Assembly (NCBI GenBank): GCA_963693365.1
Contig: CAVNZM010000016.1
Location: forward strand, 1,369,038 to 1,433,037
Reading direction: 5' to 3'
Origin: Amoebidium appalachense
Lineage: Eukaryota; Protista; Ichthyosporea
DNA: 64,000 nt
Shown here one piece after another: positions 55,778 through 64,000 of this stretch. The notes beneath the pieces are model-generated. The model did no database searches, was not told where the DNA came from, and worked only from the letters and a program-made list of their open reading frames with translations. Position 1 is the first letter of the stretch, and each line of letters begins with the position of its first letter. Position numbers and translations under genes: made by a program.

Positions 55778-58455
55778 TGTCGTGGCAACAAACAGAGTGT
55801 ATATACGAACTACTCTAACTATCTGCACGCTTAAAGGGGCTCGAAACCGTGTATACGTATAAACTTTTCTTTGAGTTGGGTGGGAAGCGAGAAAAACGAG
55901 TTCTTAGAAGAACTTCGAAAAGCCCGCGACCCCGCGAGACACTTCACAGACACGCGGCCCACTGGCCAGACAAATACCACAGTGACATTCAGCCAATCAC
56001 AACACTCCCTCCCCCACAGACTACACGCACTCCACACCATTGGCTACCGCGACCTCAGACACCCCTACAGCACTAGAACACGTACACACGTTTACTCACA
56101 ATACATATAAGCATACACACACGCGAGCAGGCAACATGGGTCTCGCCACGCACACAGCAAGAAGCAATACAACATTTAACATGGAGAGTACGCAGAGGCA
56201 TGGGGCATGCACGCGCGCACCAAACAATCAGCCGCCGCTGCATCAGATTCTCCCCATACCACTGATTAATCTCCTCATACCCCATTTAGACCCCGGCATC
56301 ACTATGCAAGAAAACCCCCGAAATTAACTCACCAAAACACAAAATATAGAAGCAAACTAATACGAATCAGCTCAGCACATGACAACTCCCCCCTCGCACA
56401 GAAAATAACTGAGTTCCACCTCAGTAAAAACTACCTAAAAACAAAATAAAGTTATGTGCTGAGCGACTACAACTACCGCTAACCATGCAGGAAGCAACAT
56501 ATAACATATAACATAAACATATACATGCATCCACGCACCACCCCAGCATGGTTAGTACCCAACCCAACCCCAAAACAAGGATAATATGAACCGCCACTGA
56601 CGTTGCCCTGTAGATGCACCTCTGCCCCCGTCCACAACCTGCACCCAAAACCCCATGCCCCTGGCACAATGTTATATCGAGTGGAACATAGCAACAGACA
56701 TGATGCCAGACGCCATCCATACAACCACACTCAGCATGCCCCATCCACAAAGAATTCCTAACACAACCAAACATGCCGTGACGAACACCTCCAGACTCAT
56801 GTGACGTACACCTCCAGACTCTCTTGCTGGCCATTCCTCTACCCGACAAAGACGCCTACTACGTAGGTCCCGGTGGTTTGGGAATGCCTCCGCCCCAACC
56901 GTGCCCTACCCAGCGGTGTGTCTAAGGCCTACTGCTGCACTGGGCACCACAACACTACTCAACAACACTACGGGCAGCCACTGCAAAGGGCCTCAACACC
57001 AGGCCCAGGGCAGCCACTCCAAGGGGCCTCAGCACCAGGCCCTTTGACGACGGGGGTTCACAACAGTGGGGGCCTGCCACTGCCATGACTACACTTCGAC
57101 CCCCCCCCAGCCCCCTCGTCAGAGGGCCGAGCTCCCAAACAGCAGCAGGACTTTCTATTCCACTGACCCTAACCACACACGTCGCCAACACAGGACTCAT
57201 ACACACGTCGAAAACGCCAGGCACCAGTAGAAAACCCAGCGAAAAATAACAATACACAACTCTCATACAACAACAACAACCCAAGAGACGGCCTACCCCC
57301 TAATAAAACCTTCATACCAGCAACACGGTCACCGACGTCCCTGCCCCCCACGACGGGGCTGTTTACACCACGCGTTGCCCCCGCTCCTTGCAGTTGTCGC
57401 AGGTGCCTGGGAAAGAGCCTGGCGCCGGCTCTTGCTGTCCCGCCCAAAGACGCCAGCCTGGCCCATCTGTTATCCCGTTGTGGCCGTGGCTGGTAGGGCT
57501 GGTAGCGCCGTGGGGAGGGTGACCGCCGCCGGTCCCTTCTGAGGCCTCTGCTGGGCAAACGGCCCTGAGCTTGCTAAGTCACCTAGGGAGGTCAAGGTCC
57601 TTAGCGAGGACTAAGTCCCCTGTGATACTAGTCCTACTGCTCATGTTGCCTATGCCAACTGTTGCTAGCTGTAGGTCCGTGTGTGCGTATGTTTCTTCTA
57701 CCTCTAACCGGCGAAAAAGTCCTAAGTCAAAACCACTCATAACCGCTAGTCCTGAAAAAAAAAACTAGGGGTGAAAGCAACAGCCCAGAAGGACTAACAG
57801 TGCGTGTGCCCCCTCCCTGCAAAAAACTGCAGAGAAAGGGGGTGTAGCTTGTCGTAGCTACAAACAGAGTGTATACAAACTACTCTAACTATCTGCACGC
57901 TTAAAGGGGCTCGAAACCGTGTATACGTATAAACTTTTCTTTGAGTTGGGTGGGAAGCGAGAAAAACGAGTTCTTAGAAGAACTTCGAAAAGCCCGCGAC
58001 CCCGCGAGACACTTCACAGACACGCGGCCCACTGGCCAGACAAATACCACAGTGACATTCAGCCAATCACAACACTCCCTCCCCCCACAGACTACACGCA
58101 CTCCACACCATTGGCTACCGCGACCTCAGACACCCCTACAGCACTAGAACACGTACACACGTTTACTCACAATACATATAAGCATACACACACGCGAGCA
58201 GGCAACATGGGTCTCGCCACGCACACAGCAAGAAGCAATACAACATTTAACATGGAGAGTACGCAGAGGCATGGGGCATGCACGCGCGCACCAAACAATC
58301 AGCCGCCGCTGCATCAGATTCTCCCCATACCACTGATTAATCTCCTCATACCCCATTTAGACCCCGGCATCACTATGCAAGAAAACCCCCGAAATTAACT
58401 CACCAAAACACAAAATATAGAAGCAAACTAATACGAATCAGCTCAGCACATGACA
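55778..58455 (-). mobile_element. Non-autonomous LTR retroelement (family C, 2678 bp) with two ~606-bp LTRs and a gag remnant, TSD CATCC
   Basis: LTRs 55778-56384 and 57850-58455 (TG..CA); CATCC at 55773-55777 and 58456-58460; minus-strand polypurine tract GCGAGGGGGGAGT at 56385-56397; broken gag-like frame with FPGTCDNCKERG; no pol. Confidence 0.9.
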
Positions 58456-58541
58456 CATCCACATGCTTATATGTTTGCACCCACGTACTAGCCTTATCCA
58501 TGTGTGAGGACACACACTATCCTTCTCTTGTGCGCTTAACA

Positions 58542-59608
58542 TGTGACGTAGATATACATCGAGTCACCCCAGACACGGAAGCCCCCCAGATCAATAAACA
58601 TCACGATGTAAATGGGGCTTCCGGGACCTGGCGTCATCAGTCTTTTCCTTGTCCAAAACATAGTTCTTGTCAACGAAAGCTGTGACCATCCGTTCCCCAT
58701 CCGACTTTCATCCGTGTTCAAATTCATATTCTCATCACATTTCGATGTCGCATGGTAGCAGAGACGGAAGGTCTCCCTCGGGGTGTAACCAGGTAAACAC
58801 GCTTCCACACGCGCGCTCTACTAGCGTGCTACGATAGCTCATTTTTACGGGCGGATGGTCACAGCAGTCCACGGATAACTACGGATACACGAGGATGCAT
58901 TTGCTTACTTATTCGGACGTCGCCCCGCAATGAGGCCATTTTTTGCAACAACCATATCATTTTTCATAATGTAGCACACACAACTCGGTTTTCGCACCAG
59001 CCCATTTCTCATGAGCGCATCATCTTTTCCCATTTTCCACACACGACCACAGTGATCGGCAAGTTTTGGTCCTGATACTTTGTGCGTATAAGCAAAGCAC
59101 GAGAAACGCCACCCCCGTGTGCTGCTAATCCCGCATAATGGGTGCCGGCCAGACACTAAGCCCAGCACACGTTTGCCGGAGGTTGTGAGTCTCGGACTTT
59201 GCTTGTGCCCACACGTTGGTTAAGATCACTACCTGACGAACACTAGAGTCGTGTGTTTTCCTTCAGTCTGAACAGCCGTCGTTTGCGCAAACTACGTGTA
59301 TATACCCAATCACGTTATATTTCAACATGTACATCCGAAAGATCTATGTCTGCTTCTCGCTCTTGCTCGCCTCTGCTTACATGTTTTGCTTTTATGTTTT
59401 GTACCCACGTGAGGTCATCCTCAGAGGCACTGCAGCCCGCCCACGTGTGGTTAGGGGATGGCTTGGAGGTTTGCCTGTCCCTGACATATACACTGTGACG
59501 CCCCCCCCCTACCCCTAGTATGCATCCACATGCTTATATGTTTGCACCCACGTACTAGCCTTATCCATGTGTGAGGACACACACTATCCTTCTCTTGTGC
59601 GCTTAACA
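58542..59608. mobile_element. Family B 1067-bp TG..CA unit, copy 2 (uninterrupted)
   Basis: Abuts copies 1 and 3 directly at ...TTAACA|TGTGAC... junctions. Confidence 0.88.
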
Positions 59609-60601
59609 TGTGACGTAGATATACATCGAGTCACCCCAGACACGGAAGCCCCCCAGATCAATAAACATCACGATGTAAATGGGGCTTCCGGGACCTGGCG
59701 TCCTCAGTCTTTTCCTTGTCCAAAACATATTTCTTGTCAACGAAAGCTGTGACCATCCGTCCCCCATCCGACTTTCATCCGTGTTCAAATTCATATTCCC
59801 ATCACTTTTCGCTTCCATGGCTTCCGTGTCTGGGGTGACGAAAACGAAAAAGGCAAACCTCCAAGCCATCCCCTAACCACACGTGGGCGAGAAGCAGACA
59901 TAGATCTTCCGGATGTACATGTTGAAATATATCATGATTGGGTATATACACGTAGGTTGCGCAAACGACGGCTGTTCAGACTGAAGGAAAACACACGACT
60001 CTAGTGATCGTCAGGTAGTGATCTTAACCACCGTGTGGGCACAAGCAAAGTCCGAGACTCACACCCTCCGGCAAACGTGTGCTGGGCTTAGTGTCTGGCC
60101 GGCACCCATTATGCGGGATTAGCAGCACACGGGGGTGGCGTTTCTCGTGCTTTGCTTATACGCACAAAGTATCAGGACCAAAACTTGCCGATCACTGCGG
60201 TCGTGTGTGGAAAATGGGAAAAGATGATGCGCTCATGAGAAATGGGCTGGTGTGAAAACCAAGTTGTGTGTGCTACAATATGAAAAATGATATCATAATG
60301 GCTGTTGCAAAAAAAATGGCCTCATTGCGAGGCGACGTCCGAATAGGTAAGCAAATGCATCCTCGTGTATCCGTAGTTATCCGTGGACTGCTGTGACCAT
60401 CCGTCCGTAAAAATGAGCTATCGTAGCATGCTAGCAGAGCGCACGTGTGGAAGCGTGTTTACCTGGTTACCCCCGAGGGAGACCTTCCTTTTCTGCTACC
60501 ATGCGACATCGAAATGTGATGGGAACATGAATTTGAACATGGATGAAAGTCGGATGGGGGACGGAAGGTCACAGCTTTCGTTGACAAGAACTATGTTTTG
60601 G
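59609..60601. repeat. Family B copy 3 (first ~200 bp) fused to an inverted, deleted family B copy
   Basis: 59609-59811 is direct; 59820-59839, 59851-59889 and 59890-60601 are reverse complements of separate parts of the unit. Confidence 0.85.
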
Positions 60602-60734
60602 TTTCATTTGTGGAATTATAGACATAAATATTTTTCTGGGTAAACACGTAGGATGGGTGTTCGGTATCAACATAACCATGTAGGCTTCGTTTCGTGTTTT
60701 AGCAGTTCACGGTTGGCTGCCCGCACACGGGCAC

Positions 60735-60860
60735 CTATTAGCCAATCAAAACGTCAGATTCCACATATCACTAAACCGATTTTGATTGGCTCGGATCAGA
60801 TTTCACATATCACTAGATCGATTTTGATTGGCTCGGATCGGTAGGCTTAGGTATATAAGC
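60735..60860 (+). promoter_or_regulatory. Putative Pol II promoter of the Ngaro/DIRS-like element
   Basis: CCAAT box at ~60742, a 42-bp tandem duplication carrying two inverted CCAAT boxes (gattggc), and TATATAAG at 60852, 130 bp upstream of the gag ATG. Confidence 0.55.
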
Positions 60861-60981
60861 ACGACAGTTTTTAGCAGATCAGTAAGCTACAAACACACTG
60901 GCATCTTCTGTGTTGAGCACCTACAGCCCTCACAGCTACATTTTCTTTTCATTCTCCCTATCTTTCCCTACGCTGGTCAGC

Positions 60982-62144
60982 ATGCCGCCGAAAAAGCCCC
61001 AGGCCTCAGCCACCGCCCCTGCCGCAGCACCTAAGCGCCTGACCTGCAGCGACCTCCGTAACAGGCTGCCCAACGCTCCCGCGGGCACTGACGCGCCTCC
61101 GGAGACCCATACCACCACGGACCCTCCGGCTACTCTCCCCTCTACCCCTGAAGTCCCTCCTCAGGCCCCGCCGCCCCCGACGGTGACTTCTCAGGACGCC
61201 GTCCTTGCCGCCCTCACCGCCCTCAGCACCCAGATGGCCGGCGTCCTGGCCGCTCTCACCAACCGCGACCGTCCCGCGCCCCCAGCCGCGCCCTCCGCAC
61301 CTGGGGTGGTTTTCCCGGGGCTGCATCTCGGCCCTGACCTGGACCTACCTGCCCTGCCCGTGCCCCCCATTACAGGTGAGAACACTGGCGACATTCAGCC
61401 AGGCACACTGCCGCTTCCCCCGCGAATGTGCTGGCAGGTTTGCGCGCCAATCGCTTCGTCGACCTGTATAAGTTCACCCCCACAGCCCTGCTGGCCCCAT
61501 CCAAGAAAGGTCAGCAGCTGCGCATGGCCGACGACGGCAGCATCGAGACTTTTCGCACTGACAAACCTGTTCCCCTGCGTTCCCTCGTCATTTGGATCCA
61601 AGCTTGGGCCCATTACATGGCCGCCAAGCACCACCTCGACCTCCCCACTGACAAGGACGTACTTTGGACTCAGCACATCACTCGCCTCAGCACCCGATAC
61701 CCGTGGGCCCAGATCCACAACTACGACGTGTACGCCCGTACAGTTGCCCACCAGTAGGGTCGGGCTCCGATCGAGTGTCCCAACCTGCTCGCCCAACTCC
61801 ACCAGGATCTCCTCCTGCCACCCACTCTGCCCATCCCGGACGCATGCCAGCGCTGTGGCTTCCCCGACCACCCCAGCGCGACCTGTCCCATGTACCCCAA
61901 GCCCGGCTGTGGTCTTGATGGCTTCAAGCCGCCCCACAAGCCCGGCGGGGGGCAAACCCCCAACCGCCCTGGCCCGCAACCCGGCCCGGCAAGACCGGCC
62001 CGACCCATGGATCTACCCGCAACGCACTGCAGGAAATTCCACATTAACGGTCGATCCTGCGCTAAGCAGCCCTGCCCCTTCTCCCACGTGTACCCGCTCT
62101 GCTCTGGCACACCCCCCCGCAAAGACTGCAAGCACAATGCCTAG
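60982..62144 (+). pseudogene. Ngaro-type gag-like ORF with a frame change (~61376-61437) and an in-frame TAG (61755-61757)
   Basis: MPPKK start; NRFVDL, WIQAWAHY, YPWAQIHNYD; CCHC CQRCGFPDHPSATC; C-terminal HCRKFH...C...CPFSHV..LC...DC zinc-finger cluster. Confidence 0.75.
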
Positions 62145-62441
62145 TCTACGCGCACACCCACACACACAGATAGAACATAGGGGCTAGGAGCTAGGATACA
62201 CGGCACGGGTACAAGGAAACGGAGCTCGGGAGCACGGGCCACTAGGGCTGAGTAGAAATTTTTGCAGGCCAACTACGGCGCCCGCGCGCGCCAAGAATAA
62301 ATGTCCGTACAAAAAGACGTTATTCTGGCCACTGCACATAATTTTACTCCCCCCCCATCCCACGAGCATCCCCCCCTTACACTCTCACCTAGCACTCCCT
62401 CCCCCCCCTTCTTCTAACTCTGTGTCCGCCCGCACCCCCGC

Positions 62442-63304
62442 GTGCTCGGGCATCCCCTGCACAGGGCCCCGCTGCCCTCCCTGCAACCCTCCCTCGGGCC
62501 CAGCTGCCGTACTCTAACCCCCCGGGGCCTTGCTGCCTCCCCCCCCCCCCCCCCCCCCCCCCCGCTGCCGGCATCTCCCCGAGGGTGCCCCACCCTTGCT
62601 AACCACACCTTCCCCCGAGGCTCAGACCCGGAGGCCCGCCCCCTGCCCCAGCACCACATTGACACCTCCCGCCTCCGGGAGCTGCTGGCCTCCTACCCAG
62701 ACCAATCATTCGCCGCGCAGCTCCTCCACGATGTTGAATTCGGTGTCGACATCGGATATCGCGGCCTCTCCACCTCTCGGGTGGGCCCCAACCTACCCAC
62801 CACCCCGGATACAGCTGCCGCTATCACGGCGGATATTGCCAAAGAAGTCGCCCTCGGCCACCTGCGCGGCCCCCTCTCCCCGGACCAATTCTTTGCCGAA
62901 TTTCCGGTCCACCGTTCCTCCCCCATCGGGGCCGTTACTAAAAAAGGGAACCCCTCCAAGTACCGTCGAATCCACCACCTCTCATGGCCCCGGGGCAGCA
63001 GTGTCAATGACAGCATCACCTACCCCGACGAACTTCAGTACATTCGAGCCCGGGACGTCACCCAGCTCATTCTCGACGCAGGCCCCGGCTGCTACATGGC
63101 CGTAGCAGACGTGCAGGCTGCCTTCCGGCACATGCCCATCCGACCAGAAGACCATCACTTAATGGCATTCAAATGGCAGGGGCATTTTTACGTTGACACC
63201 AGACTGCCCTTCAGCCTGAAATCTAGCCCAGCCATCTGGGAACGGATCGCGGCCACCCTCTAGTGGCTGGCACACCAGCACGGTGTTGTTGGAGTACACT
63301 GGTA
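62442..63304 (+). pseudogene. DIRS/Ngaro-type reverse transcriptase, N-terminal part, with a premature TAG and truncation before YxDD
   Basis: FGVDIGY, KEVALGHLRGP, SSPIGAVTKK, KYRRIHHLSWP-GSSVND, ADVQAAFRHMPI, DTRLPFSLKSSP; the frame continues past TAG 63261-63263 as WLAHQHGVVGVHWY and then breaks. Confidence 0.88.
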
Positions 63305-64000
63305 CTCCCGGCTAGCAATGTCTGTTAGAGAAAGTTTCTGATCAATTGAATAATTGTTTCAACACTCACTCGAGTGCATAGAACTTTTGTTTACGGTCAT
63401 ATTCATATATGGTAGTTATATGTTTGAGCCAAAACTGTACCAATGACGAGCTTCACTAGCAACGTGCTAATTGTGCTCATTAATTAATATTCCCGGTTCA
63501 GATGATGTCATGTCTATATTTGCCACAGGATTCTATTCTTAGAGTGGTAGTGTGCTTTATTCCCGGATATTCTCAGAATATTTTTAGTTGTGTGAAGTAA
63601 GATTTACGTTTAACTGCAATTGGTGTGTTAAACACGTTTATTTGTGTGCTTTAGTGCAAGTTAACTAGCCACTCAACGTGCACAGTTAACTTTTATATCT
63701 TTAACGACTTGTTTTCATTGTGCTCTCTTTTCGGCCATGCTGTACATGGCCCACCACCAGGGTGCACACGAGGCCACCATGAGGTGGCCAACGACTATAT
63801 AAAGCAGTGCCTCTCATGTCACAAACATGGGAAGCAGAACGTTTGATTTACACTTTTCTACTGTCGTTTTCAGTGCACAAAACACATAGACTAGTTACCC
63901 ATCATACACGACACTATGTCTGACAACTTACAGTTGCAGCAACTAGTCCAACTACTGGAGCAGAGGTTGGCCTCACAAGATGCAATCATTTCCCACCTCA
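63305..64000 (+). mobile_element. Start of an unidentified insertion (probable DNA transposon) with a TATA box and an ORF from 63916 running off the window
   Basis: Abrupt switch from GC-rich RT to AT-rich sequence at TA|CTCCCGGCTAGCA; hairpin GGCCACC-atga-GGTGGCC at ~63772-63789; TATATAAA at 63796; ORF MSDNLQLQQLVQLLEQRLASQDAIISHL. Confidence 0.5.

Larger units (their letters stand above)
51870..58541. mobile_element. Family B 1067-bp TG..CA (LTR-like) unit, copy 1, interrupted by three insertions
   Basis: Begins TGTGACGTAG, ends GCGCTTAACA; removing 52476-54396, 54415-55405, 55778-58455 and one copy of each TSD restores a sequence colinear with 58542-59608. Confidence 0.85.
60602..63304 (+). 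mobile_element. Degenerate Ngaro/DIRS-type (tyrosine-recombinase class) retrotransposon, 5' portion, cut by a later insertion
   Basis: gag-like frame then a DIRS-type RT; the 5' boundary is taken as the end of family B homology; RNase H and recombinase are not in the window. Confidence 0.8.

Noticed and set aside
51612-60643. Short repeated ORFs in family A, B and C LTRs (for example MDCCDHPSVK, MCEDTHYPSL, MYTYKLFFEL)
   Set aside because: They recur only because the repeats are near-identical; frames break between copies and show no protein motifs.
60910-62187. 425-aa ORF as the real Gag
   Set aside because: After ~61420 it leaves the frame holding the Gag and zinc-finger motifs; its C-terminal part is off-frame read-through.

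Overview
Eukaryotic genomic DNA with spliceosomal GT-AG introns packed with (CA)n/(GT)n and poly-C/poly-G runs. A SHOC2-like gene and a Pol mu/TdT-like gene suggest an opisthokont, possibly a unicellular holozoan, but the species cannot be determined from this window. Nearly all short ORFs in the supplied track are microsatellite noise. Reconstructed by hand, in order: (1) the 5' half of an intact Ty1/copia element on the minus strand (gag-PR-IN ORF running off the left edge, half-tRNAiMet PBS, 935-bp LTR); (2) a 12-exon BRCT-family-X DNA polymerase of Pol mu/TdT type (6477-19129 +) with an apparent 2-nt frameshift; (3) a convergent 13-exon SHOC2/Sur-8-like LRR gene (21707-32125 -); (4) an intact two-ORF APE-RT non-LTR retrotransposon (about 33479-38127 +); (5) a decayed, partly duplicated spliced gene with CCCH-like and KOW-like motifs, plus a TA-flanked TIR element (40-48 kb); (6) a nested transposon cluster (50.8-64 kb) with head-to-tail 1067-bp TG..CA units, two copia solo-LTR-type insertions, a non-autonomous LTR element, an inversion, a degenerate Ngaro/DIRS-type element and the start of another insertion. 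Most notable: an integrated LTR carrying a perfect 30-nt copy of its initiator-tRNA primer that stops exactly before G9; TdT-like residues in the polymerase; G/GT-to-C/CA polarity in many introns; duplicated decoy 3' splice sites that differ only at synonymous positions; and a ~110-bp intronic element family co-oriented with its host genes.
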